Positions 1 to 11,500 of a stretch of 64,000 nucleotides of DNA are shown here, piece after piece. Under the pieces are notes generated by a model. It ran no database searches. It worked only from the letters and a program-made list of their open reading frames with translations, and was not told the DNA's origin. The position numbers were made by a program, and so were the translations under genes. Position 1 is the first letter of the stretch; each line of letters opens with the position of its first letter. This DNA comes from Squalus acanthias. Lineage: Eukaryota. The stretch spans positions 176,082,001 to 176,146,000 of the forward strand of contig CM059425.1 of assembly GCA_030390025.1 (NCBI GenBank). The letters are read 5' to 3'.

Positions 1-264
1 CCTCCTTGTCTGTCTGATGGTCACCCATTCCCTCTCTGCCTGCACATTCTTACGCTTCTTGGTGACCTCATTCTGAAACGTGCTATCCACTTAGCTCTCA
101 GCCTCACGGATGCACCGCTGCTGCACAAGCTCCGAAACCCAGAGCTCGAGCTCCTCCAACCAACGACACTTCCTGCACACGTGGTTGTCCAGGACACCAG
201 ATGCGTCCTTGATTTCCCACATGGCGTAGGATATGCATTCCACGGGACTGAGGTGCCCTGCCAT
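1..264 (-). pseudogene. CR1 LINE ORF1 N-terminal remnant (zinc finger/leucine zipper)
   Basis: Minus strand from 264 reads MAGHLSPVECISYAMWEI...HVCRKCRWLEELEL...RCIREAES*, clearly similar to CR1 ORF1 at 57363 (HVCGKCLWLEELQL...RCIREGES). Confidence 0.8.
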
Positions 265-794
265 GCCTCTATTTACTCGACTAGTAATTAAATTACAGAA
301 ATAAACTTAAGACTTAAGGGGAAAAATTTGTGTGGCTTGTTCCACATGTTAGCGCCAGGAGATGGCGCTGAAATGCCGTTGACAGCTGTAACGGCAGCTG
401 ATGCTGGTTCCAGCGCCGCACGCCACATCGGTGGTGTTGGTAGCGCTGCCGTTAAACCCTCACTGGACGCCCGATCTCCAACATTGGATTTAGCAACTTA
501 CCTTAAGGGCAGCGCAGAACAACGACAAGGAGAGCTGGCGTCTACAAGCAGAAAGCAGGCTGCAGCAACGTTATTTAAAGGCTCCATCCCCAATCAGCTG
601 CACCTGACAGGGTTTTGCAGTTTCAGTGCTTGTTTGCTACTTCTTGCAACTGAAACAGCTCTCTTTAGTTATTTCAAGATTTTTTGGTGACAGGGAGTGT
701 CCATTCAAGTGCAAAAGTCACTCATTATTTGTTAAAGGCTTCTGCTCACAACACTTCCTCACAGTCATGGGGTCTGCGGGATTGCAGCATTACC

Positions 795-3700
795 TCAGGA
801 GGACAATGAGGCAGAGGAGGACAACGAGGCGGAGGAGGGGGAGGAGGAGGACGAGGCGGAGGAGGACGAGGAGAAGGAGGACGAGGCGGAGGAAGACGAG
901 GAGAAGGAGGACGAGGAGAAGGAGGACGAGGCGGAGGAGGACGAGGCGGAGGAGACGAGGAGAAGGAGGACGAGGAGAAGAGGACGAGGCGGAGGAGGAC
1001 AAGGCGGAGGAGGACGAGGCGGAGGAGGACGAGGCGGAGGAGGACGAGGCGGAGGAGGATGAGGAGAAGATGGACGAGGCGGAGGAGGATGAGGCGGAGG
1101 AGGACAAGGTGGAGGAGGACAAGGAGAAGGAGGACGAGGCGGAGGAGGACAAGGTGGAGGAGGTCGAGGAGAAGGAGGACGAGGCGGAGGAGGACGAGGA
1201 GAAGGAGGACGAGGCGGAGCAGGACGAGGAGAAGGAGGACGAGGCGGAGCAGGACGAGGAGAAGGAGGACGAGGCGGAGGAGGACGAGGAGAAGGAGGAT
1301 GAGGCGGAGGAGGACGAGGAGAAGGAGGAGGAGAAGGAGGACGAGGCGGAGGAGGACGAGGCGGAGGAGGACGAGGAGAAGGAGGACGAGGCGGAGGAGG
1401 ACGAGGAGAAGGAGGACGAGGCGGAGCAGGACGAGGAGAAGGAGGACGAGGCGGAGGAGGACGAGGAGAAGGAGGACGAGGAGAAGGAGGACGAGGCGGA
1501 GGAGGACGAGGCGGAGGAGGACGAGGCGGAGGAGGACGAGGAGAAGGAGGACGAGGCGGAGGAGGACGAGATGGAGGAGGACAAGGAGAAGGAGGACGAG
1601 GTGGAGGAGGATGAGGCGGAGGAGGACGAGGAGAAGGAGGACGAGGTGGAGGAGGACGAGGTGGAGGAGGACAAGGAGAAGGAGGATGAGGCGGAGGAGG
1701 ACGAGGAGAAGGAGGAGAAGGTGAAGGAGGACGAGGAGAAGTAGGACGAGGCGGAGGAGGACGAGGAGAAGGAGGACGAGGCGGAGGAGGACAAGGCGGA
1801 GGAGGACGAGGAGAAGGAGGATGAGGCGGAGGAGGACAAGGAGAAGGAGGACGAAGAGAAGGAGGACAAGGAGAAGGAGGACGAGGCGGAGGAGGACAAG
1901 GAGAAGGAGGACGAGGAGAAGGAGATCGAGGCGGAGGAGGACGAGGAGAAGGAGGTTGAGGCGGAGGAGGACGAGGCGGAGGAGGACGAGGAGAAGGAGG
2001 ACAAGGTGGAGGAGGACGAGGCGGAGGAGGACGAGGTGGAGGAGGACGAGGAGAAGGAGGACGAGGAGAAGGAGGACGAGGCGGAGGAGGACGAGGCGGA
2101 GGAGGACGAGGCGGAGGAGGACGAGGAGAAGGAGGACGAGGCGGAGGAGGACGAGGAGAAGGAGGACGAGGAGAAGGAGGACAAGGCGGAGGAGGACGAG
2201 GCGGAGCAGGACGAGGAGAAGGAGGACGAGGCGGAGGAGGACGAGACGGAGGAGGACAAGCAGAAGGAGGACGAGGTGGAGGAGGACGAGGCGGAGGAGG
2301 ATGAGGAGAAGGAGGACGAGGTGGAGGAGGACGAGGAGAAGGAGGACGAGGAGAAGGAGGACGAGGAGAAGTAGGACGAGGCGGAGGAGGACGAGGAGAA
2401 GTAGACGACGCGGAAAAGGACAAGGCAGAGGAGGACGAGGAGAAGGAGGTTGAGGCGGAGGAAGACGAGGCGGAGGAGGACGAGGAGAAGGAGGACGAGG
2501 CGGAGGAGGACGAGGCGGAGGAGGACGAGGAGAAGGAGGACGAGGCGGAGGAGGACGAGGAGAAGGAGGACGAGGAGAAGGAGGACGAGGAGAAGGAGGA
2601 CGAGGAGAAGTAGGACAAGGCGGAGGAGGACGAGGAGAAGGAGGTTGAGGCGGAGGAGGACGAGGCGGAGGAGGACAAGGAGAAGGAGGACGAGGCGGAG
2701 GAGGACGAGGAGAAGGAGGACAAGGTGGAGGAGGACGAGGAGAAGGAGGTTGAGGCGGAGGAGGACGAGGCGGAGGAGGACAAGGAGAAGGAGGACGAGG
2801 CGGAGGAGGACGAGGAGAAGGAGGACAAGGTGGAGGAGGACGAGGCGGAGGAGGACAAGGTGGAGGAGGACGAGGCGGAGGAGGACAAGGAGAAGGAGGA
2901 CGAGGCGGAGGAGGACGAGGAGAAGGAGGACGAGGAGAAGGAGGACGAGGCGGAGGAGGACGAGGAGAAGGAGGACGAGGTGGAGCAGGATGAGGAGAAG
3001 GAGGACAAGGAGAAGGAGGACGAGGAGAAGGAGGATGAGGCGGAGGAGGACGAGGAGAAGGAGGACGAGGTGGAGGAGGACGAGGCGGAGGAGGACGAGG
3101 AGAAGGAGGACGAGGAGAAGGAGGACGAGGAGAAGGAGGTTGAGGCGGAGGAAGACGAGGCGGAGGAGGACGAGGAGAAGGAGGACGAGGCGGAGGAGGA
3201 CGAGGCGGAGGAGGACGAGGAGAAGGAGGACGAGGCGGAGGAGGACGAGGAGAAGGAGGACGAGGAGAAGGAGGACGAGGAGAAGGAGGACGAGGAGAAG
3301 TAGGACAAGGCGGAGGAGGACGAGGAGAAGGAGGTTGAGGCGGAGGAGGACGAGGCGGAGGAGGACAAGGAGAAGGAGGACGAGGCGGAGGAGGACGAGG
3401 AGAAGGAGGACAAGGTGGAGGAGGACGAGGCGGAGGAGGACAAGGTGGAGGAGGACGAGGCGGAGGAGGACAAGGAGAAGGAGGACGAGGCGGAGGAGGA
3501 CGAGGAGAAGGAGGACGAGGAGAAGGAGGACGAGGCGGAGGAGGACGAGGAGAAGGAGGACGAGGTGGAGCAGGATGAGGAGAAGGAGGACAAGGAGAAG
3601 GAGGACGAGGAGAAGGAGGATGAGGCGGAGGAGGACGAGGAGAAGGAGGACGAGGTGGAGGAGGACGAGGCGGAGGAGGACGAGGAGAAGGAGGACGAGG

Positions 3701-4910
3701 CGGAGGAGGAAGAGGAGAAGGAGGACGAGGAGAAGGAGGACAAGGCGGAGGAGGACGAGGCGGAGGAGGAGGAGGAGAAGGAGGACGAGGAGAAAGAGGA
3801 CGAGGAGAAGGAGGACGAGGAGAAGGAGGATGAGGCGGAGGAGGACGAAGAGAAGGAGGACGAAGAGAAGGAGGATGAGGCGGAGGAGGACGAGGAGAAG
3901 GAGGACGAAGAGAAGGAGGATGAGGCGGAGGAGGACGAGGAGAAGGAGGACGAAGAGAAGGAGGATGAGGCGGAGGAGGACGAGGAGAAGGAGGACGAGG
4001 CGGAGGAGGACGAGGAGGAGGAGAAGGACGGGGAGGAGGAGGACGAAGAGAAGGAGGACGAGGAGAAGGAGGACGAGGAGGAGGAGGATGGGGAGGAGGA
4101 GGACGAAGAGAAGGAGGACGAGGAGAAGGAGGACGAGGTGGAGGAGGACGAGGAGAAGGAGGACGAGGTGGAGGAGGACGAGGAGGAGGAGGACGGGGAG
4201 GAGGAGGACGAAGAGAAGGAGGACGAGGAGAAGGAGGACGAGGAGGAGGAGGACGAGGAGGAGGAGGACGAGGAGAAGGAGGACGAGGCGGAGGAGGACG
4301 AGGAGAAGGAGGTTGAGGCGGAGGAGGACGAGGAGAAGGAGGTTGAGGCGGAGCAGGACGAGCAGAAGGAGGACGAAGCGGAGGAGGACGAGGCGGAGCA
4401 GGACGAGGCGGAGGAGGATGAAGAGAAGGAGGACGAGGCGGAGGAGGACGAAGAGAAGGAGGACAAGGTGGAAGAGGTCGAGGAGATGGAGGACGAGGAG
4501 GAGGAGGATGCGGCGGAGTAGGATGAGGAGGAGGAGAACGGGGAGGAGGAGGAGGAGGAGGAGGAGGAGGAGGATGAAGCGGAGGAGGAGGACGAGGCGG
4601 AGGAGGAGGACTAGGCGGAGGAGGAGGATGAGGAGAAGGAGGATGAGGCGGAGGAGGAGGATGAGGCGGAGGAGGAGGACTAGGCGGAGGAGGAGGACGA
4701 GGAGAAGGAGGATGAGGCGGAGGAGGAGGACGAGGTGAAGGAGGATGAGGCGGAGGAGGAGGACGAGGTGGAAGAGGTCGAGGAGAAGGAGGACGAGGAG
4801 GAGGAGGATGCGGAGGAGTAGGATGAGGAGGAGGAGAACGGGGAGGAGGAGGAGGAGGTAGAAGAGGTCGAGGAGGAGGAGGACGAGGAGGATGAGGAGG
4901 AGGAACAGTA
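795..4910. repeat. 4.1-kb purine-rich minisatellite (15-bp units GAGGAGGACGAGGCG / GAGAAGGAGGACGAG, about 18-bp units near the 3' end)
   Basis: Directly visible. Higher-order duplications are marked by rare variants (TAGGACAAGG at 2611 and 3301; block at ~4466 repeated at ~4766). Confidence 0.97.
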
Positions 4911-5301
4911 AGGAGGGCGGAGGCAGCGAGACAATCGGCCTTCTGGATGGGCTGTCCGTGACTGGCTAATCAGACTCTGATTCACATGAATGAAACCCCA
5001 GATCCCCATCGCTCACCACACCTGGGCGCAAAGGTGAAATGAGAGACCACAAAATATTCCAAACACCATTAATACATTTATCTATAAGCATATCGCATAT
5101 ATCACATTAATTCTAATAACTAATGACCCTTGTGCCTGCCATAGTTGAATAGCTGTCATTGTGTGCAAGGTGTGAGATGTGGGTGTGAGTGTTACTAGGT
5201 AGAGATTGTTGGTGGGTGAATGCTGGGAGTGTGGTACATTGAGCAGTGTGTGAAGCTTGTGGTACAGATGGTGGTATGTAGCATTTGTTGAAGCTTTCTC
5301 T

Positions 5302-5532
5302 CACCCTGACCACCCCTGTGAGCTCGTTAAACTTCCTCCTGCACTGTGTGTGGGTCCTGGGGGCCACAGTGCTGCCCATGACGTGGTGTGCCACCTCCCT
5401 CCACATAGTCCGGCAGACTTGTGATGAGGGCCTCCTGCCAGTTGGTACAGGAGCGCCCGCCTTCTCTCCACTGCTAAAACCAATGCCTCCAATGCTTCCT
5501 CGGAAACACCCCGGGCTTTCTCCCTGGGGCGT
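5302..5532 (-). pseudogene. Harbinger Myb/SANT gene exon-1 remnant (frameshifted)
   Basis: Two frames join to give SEEALEALVLAVERRRALLY...WREVAHHV...RTHTQCRRKFNEL, followed by a GTGAGA donor. Confidence 0.8.
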
Positions 5533-6345
5533 GAATAGAAACATAGAAGATAGAAGCAGGAGTAGGCCATTCTGCCCCTCGAGCCTGCTCCGCCATTCGA
5601 TGAGATCATGGCTGATCATCCAAACTCAGTACCCTGTCCCTGCCTTCTCCCCATATCCCTTGATACCTTTAGCTTTATGAAATATTTCTAACTCATTCTT
5701 GAATATATTTAATGACTTGGCATCAACTACCTTCTGTGGTTGAGAATTCCACAGGTTCACCACTCTCTGGGTGAAGAAATTCTTCCTCATTTCTGTCCTA
5801 AATGGCTTACCCCTTATCCTTAGATTATGACCCCTGGTTCTGGACTCTCCGACCATCGGGAACATTCTTCCTGCATCTAGTTTGTCCAGACCTGTCAGAA
5901 TTTTATATGTTTCGATGAGATCCCCTCTCATTCTTCTATACTCTAGCGAGTTTAAGCCCAATCGACCCAATCTCTCCTCATATGTCATTCCTGCCATCCC
6001 AGGTATCAGCCTTGTGAATCTTCGCTGAACTCCCTCCATGGCAAGAACATCCTTCCTCAGATAAGGTGACCAAAACTGCACACAATACTCAAGGTGTGGT
6101 CTCACCAAGGCCCTGTACAACTGCAGCAGGACATCCCTGTTCCTATACTCAAACCCTTTCGCTATGAAGGCCAACATACCATTTGCCTTCTTCACCGCCT
6201 GCTGCACCTGCATGCTTACCTTCAGCGACTGGTGCACAAGGACACCCAGGTCTCGTTGCACTTCCCCTTCTCCCAATCTATTGCCATTCAGATAATAGTC
6301 TGCCTTTCTGTTTTTGACACCAAAGTGGATAACCTCACATTTATC
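5533..6345 (-). mobile_element. CR1 (HER1-like) LINE, 5'-truncated 3' end
   Basis: DKCEVIHFG...LVRPHLEYCVQFWSP...FFTQRVVNLWN, followed by a 3'UTR and a TTCTATG-type tail. Confidence 0.92.
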
Positions 6346-6999
6346 TGCTATCAGCATTTGTAATAAGTGCTCCTTCTCTTTGTCCTTCTTCTTATGGTTG
6401 GTGAGGCAGCTGTGCACCCAACAGTGCTGAGAATGAGGTGCTGCAGCATCAATGGACCTCACCTTTAAGCAGTGAAAAAAGCCTGTGGCAATCATTACTT
6501 GCGTTTAGACTACTCCTGATATTGATCTATCTTTTTAGTGTAATGCCAATGAGCTTGGGTTTTTCGACTAGATTTATGACTCCAATCATATTAATGAGGA
6601 GTGAGGACTCATTTTGCGTGCAGTCTAGACGATTTTCACCTGGCGCTAATTCACCATTTTTAGTCTACACACTGCTCATTCCTTGGCTTTAACGAATTTC
6701 TAGCCCTAAGAGTCTTAAGGTACGCCCAGTAATCATGAGGTCATGGTTATGATCTTTATCACCTCCCAGACCACTATCCAGTATGGTGAAAGAGAGGGAC
6801 ATAATCAGACATGAGTAATAAAAAACATTTTTGACTACCCTCTCAGCACTGGTCCGTCTGAGATGAGTGGAATTTATGAAGTTTGTGTATGATGTGCTAT
6901 GTTGACTGTATGACTTTGAACTGATCTTCCCACACACCGCTGCATGTGCAGATTGTAAGGATTTACCTCCATTGCCTAGTTGGGTGGAATTTCCCACAC

Positions 7000-7523
7000 C
7001 TGTTTCAATTATTATCTATCCAGTCATAGCCAGAGAATCACCTGCAATGGCTTCTCTTCCCACTCCCACATAGTTACCTCTGGTGTCCCCCAAGGATCTG
7101 TCCTTAGTCCCCTCCTATTTCTTATCTACATGCTGCCCCTCAGTGGCATTATCCAAAAACACGTCAGGTTCGATATGTACGCTGGTCTACCTCACCACCA
7201 CCTCTCTCGACCCTTCTATTGTCTCTAAGTTGTCAGCTGCTTGTCCGACATCCAGTAGTGGATGAGCAGAAATTTCCTCCAATTAAATATTGGGAAGACC
7301 GAAGCCATTGTCTTCGGTCCCAGCCACAAACTCTGTTCCCTAGCTACCGACTCCATCCCTCTCACTGGCAACTGTCTGAGATTGAAGCAGACCGTTCATA
7401 ACCTTGGTGTCATATTTGACAACGAGCTGAGCTTCTGACCACATATTCACGCCATCACCAAGACAGCCTACTTCCATCTGGTAACATTCCTCGACTTTGT
7501 CCCTGCATCAGCTCATAAGCTGC
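7000..7523 (+). mobile_element. L2-clade LINE RT fragment, degraded
   Basis: [21 protein letters not shown]...WMSRNFLQLNIGKTEAIVFGP...TAYFHL. Confidence 0.8.
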
Positions 7524-8327
7524 TTTTTTTTCATTCATTCATGGGATGTGGGCATAGCTGGCAACTGCAGCATTTATTGCCCATCCCCAATTGTCCTTGA
7601 GAAGGTGGTGGTGAGCCGCCTTCTTGAACCGTTGCAGTCCGTGTGGTGAAGGTACTCCCACAGTGCTGTTAAGTAGGGAGTTCCAGGATTTTGACCCAGC
7701 GATGCTGAAGGAATGGCGATATATTTCCAAGTTAGGATGGTGTGTAACCTGGAGATGGTCATGTTCCCATGCACTTGCTGCCCTTGCCCTTCTAGGTGGT
7801 AGAGGTTGCGAGTTGCTGCAGTGCATCTTGTAGATGGTACACACTGCAGCCACGGTGCTCCGGTGGTGGAGGGAGTGAATGTTTAAGGTGGTGGATGGGG
7901 TGCCAATCAAGTGGGCTGCTTTTTCCTGGATGGTGTCGAGCTTCTTGAGTGTTGTTGGAGCTGCACTCATCCAGGCAAATGGAGAGTATTCCATCACACA
8001 CCTGACTTGTGTCTTGTAGATGGTGGAAAGGCTTTGGGGAGTCAGAAAGTGAGTCACTCGCCACAGAATACCCAGCCTCAGACCTGCTCTTGTAGCCACA
8101 GTATTTATGTTGCTGGTCCAGTTAAGTTTCTGGTCAATGGTGACCCCCAGGATGTTGATGGTGGGGAATTCGGCGATGGTAATGCCGTTGAATGTCAAGG
8201 GGAGGTGGCTAGACTCTCTTTTGATGAAGATGGTCTTGCTTGGCACTTGTATGGCACGAATGTTACTACCACTTATCAGGCCAAGCCTGAATATTGTCCA
8301 GGTCTTGTTACATGCCAGCATGGACTG

Positions 8328-8510
8328 TGTGGTAACACTTTTCAGCTTCCTGTATGACATCACTTCCTGTAATCAGTCCAGGATAAATACTGGACTGATC
8401 AGTTAGCTCTGGAAGAGGCATAGGGTAAGACCTCTTTTGTATGCAGCACCGTTTTAAGTTGATTAAAGCTTACATTAAGTTTACCACGCGTAAGGCTCAT
8501 TCTTACGACA
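8328..8510 (+). repeat. 5' LTR (183 bp)
   Basis: TGTGGTAAC...TTACGACA; TATA-like GATAAATA; ATTAAA poly(A) signal. Confidence 0.97.
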
Positions 8511-8589
8511 ATTTAATCAACTTTGGAAAAACTTCGCACTCAAACTTTTTGGACGAACTCGGAACTAAGGATCCAGGGAATCACCCATC

Positions 8590-11500
8590 ATGGAAAACAT
8601 CCTTAAACCATCGCGTCTTGACTTGGACCCAAACACCCCAGCAGCCGGTAAGGTGTGGAAACACTGGTATCGCACGTTTGAGAATTTTCTTGAGTATTGC
8701 AAAGCTGATGATAACTCAAAGTTGCGGATACTCATCAACTGTGTCACCCCGAATGTATTTCAGTATGTGGAAGACTGGGACAGTTATGAGGAGGCAATTC
8801 AGACGCTTAAGAGACTATATACTAAGACACCAAATGAGGTCTATGCTAGACATCTACTAGCTACAGCCCAACAAGGGCCGGAGGAATCCATTGATAAATT
8901 CCTCCAAGAGCTTCGCAGACTTAGTATGGACTGTAACTTTCGGGCAGCCTCAGCTGAGCTATACCGCGAAGAAATGATCCGTGATGCGTTCATCTGCGGG
9001 CTTGCCTCCCCATTTATACGCCAGCGTCTACTGGAAAGTAAGACACTTGAGCTGCAGAGAGCTTATGACCTGGCTTGCTCTCTAGATCTGGCAAAAAGAA
9101 ATGCAGACCTTTTTACAGTGCCCAGACCTCGGTCTGCTGCCTTAACTACAGTCAGGCAATTTAAGAGGCCACAGGTGAACTCTATTAGGGAGGACTTTAT
9201 CCCTGACGATCGATCTGATGACTTCACTGATGAAGAGGATGATGACCCCACTGTGGCAGCCTCTTGGCAATCTAAGAAATGCTTTTTTTGTGGTGATGAG
9301 TTTCACCCTCGGAGATTCTGCCCTGCTCGCAATGCGTTTTGCAGTCATTGCAACAAAAAGGGTCATTTTGTAAAGGTTTGCCTATCAAGAGCCTCTACGA
9401 GGGCTTATCAAGCTAAGTCCTACCGAACTGCCCCAGTAAGGGCCTATCAGGATGTTCCAACTAAAAACTATCGTGCTTCCTCTCGGGTTTTTTCTCGAAG
9501 AAACACACCTAGAATTTCAGCCACTCTTTGTGCAACGACACCAATTACAGCTGCTTGTCCTCAGAACCTATTCCATGCAGCTACAAAAGCATCAATTAAT
9601 GGACATACTTTAGATGCCTTAATTGACTCAGGTAGCACTGATAGTTTCATTAGGGAACAGACTGTTGCACAATTAAAGCTACATGTTTTTCCATCGGACC
9701 AGGCAGTTGCGATGGCTCAGTCATCACTTAATACCAGAATTTCTGGCTTCTGTGTAGTTGAAATAATGCTTAAAGGTCACAGGTATCCCTCCACCCGGCT
9801 TTCGGTGCTCAAGGACTTATGTAGTGATCTTATCTTAGGGCTGGATTTTCAAAAGCAGCATAAGAAGCTTACCATTGAGTTCGGCGGATCCAAACCTGAA
9901 CTCACTATTTCTAATATACGACCTCGATTACCGTTCTGTGCCTTGTCAGCAGCTTCACTGGATGAACCCTCACTGTTTGCCAGTATCCCTCCTCGATGCA
10001 AACCGATTATAACAAAGTCACGCCGTTTCAGTCAGGAAGACCAGTCTTTTATTGCGGCTGAGATTTCTCGGCTTTTAGCAGAGAATATCATCGAGCCTTG
10101 TTCGTCGCCATGGCGCGCCCAGGTCGTTATTGTTAAGAACCCTCTACAACCTCACAAGAAACGGCTGTGCATTGACTATTCACAGACCATCAATCAGTAT
10201 ACGGACTTGGACGCATACCCATTGCCGCGCATCGATGATATGGTTAATAAATTGGCTGAGTACACGGTGTTCTCGACTTATGATCTGAAAAGCGCCTATC
10301 ATCAGGTACCCTTGAAGGTCTCAGACAAGCAGTATACAGCCTTTGAAGCCAATGGGCGGCTGTATCAATTTCGTCGCCTCCCCTTTGGGGTCACTAATGG
10401 AGTGGCTGTCTTCCAGCGAGCAATGGATGACCTGGTCAAACAGGAAGACTTGAAGGATACGTTTCCTTATCTGGACAATATTACTGTCGCAGGTCGCAAT
10501 CAGCAGGAACATGACGCCAATCTCCAACGATTTTGGGATGCACTCCAGCACCGTAATTTGACATTGAATGCGGCTAAATCCATTGAGTCACAACCAACTA
10601 TCAACATCCTTGGCTATTGTGTGGGCAATGGCATCATTAAACCTGACCCTGAAAGGCTTCGCCCACTCCAAGAACTCCCGCCACCTAAGAATCCGGCCTC
10701 CTTGCGCCGGGCCCTCGGCCTGTTTGCATACTATGCGAAATGGATTCCTAACTTCTCGGACCGAATCCAACCTCTACTGAAGGCCAGCATATTCCCACTA
10801 GACACAACGGCTGTTGCAGCCTTTAACCTCCTGAAAAAGCAGTTGGAGAAAGCGGCTCTTCACTCCATCGATGAGAGTCTTCCTTTCGTGGTTGAGTGTG
10901 ATGCCTCGGAGGTGGCGATCTCAGCCACTCTGAATCAGGAAGGTCGTCCGGTGGCATTTTTGTCCAGGACTTTTCAAGGGGCTGAGCTACATTATCCTCC
11001 AGTCGAGAAAGAAGCTACAGCCATCATAGAGGCAGTACGGAAGTGGAGTCATCTCCTGGCTCGCCAGCACTTTACCTTAATCACGGACCAGCGATCGGTC
11101 GCCTTCATGCTCGATAATCGAAAACGGACCAAAATTAAAAATAATAAAATCCAGCTTTGGCGGCTGGAATTGGCCTCTTTTGGTTACACCATCCACTATC
11201 GACCTGGCAAGGAGAATGTGGCTCCGGATACCCTCACACGAGCATTCTGCTCCGCCATGGCACCCTCTACGCTCGTAGACATCCATGATGGGTTGTGTCA
11301 TCCAGGCGTTACTCGCATGCTGCACTTCGTGCGGTCCCGAAATCTCCCATTCTCTACCGGGGATGTAAAGAAGATGTGCTCGGACTGCAGAGTCTGTGCG
11401 GAATTGAAACCTCGGTTTTTCCGCCCCTCGGGTGGTATACTCATACATGCGACCCAGCCAATGCAAAGGCTTAGCATCGATTTTAAGGGGCCGTTGCCCT

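Larger units (their letters stand above)
318..6706 (+). mobile_element. PIF/Harbinger deletion derivative (copy A)
   Basis: TAA at 315-317 and 6707-6709; imperfect TIRs GGGGAAAAATTTG / CGAATTTCTAGCCC; nuclease start and C-terminal remnants on +; convergent Myb/SANT remnant on -. Confidence 0.65.

Noticed and set aside
795..4910. CRISPR-like or telomeric array
   Set aside because: No unique spacers, no cas genes, no TTAGGG; eukaryotic TE context.
626..5009. Long poly-Glu, poly-Arg, poly-Ser and poly-Pro ORFs (up to 1223 aa), resembling protamine, extensin or acidic proteins
   Set aside because: By-products of a stop-poor tandem repeat. The acidic frame is broken by TAG codons (e.g. 1742, 2372, 2611, 3301, 4519) and frameshifts.
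6689..6997. 102-aa minus-strand ORF and similar short ORFs in unique regions (e.g. 26812-27093, 54436-54814)
   Set aside because: No recognisable domains; lengths compatible with chance.
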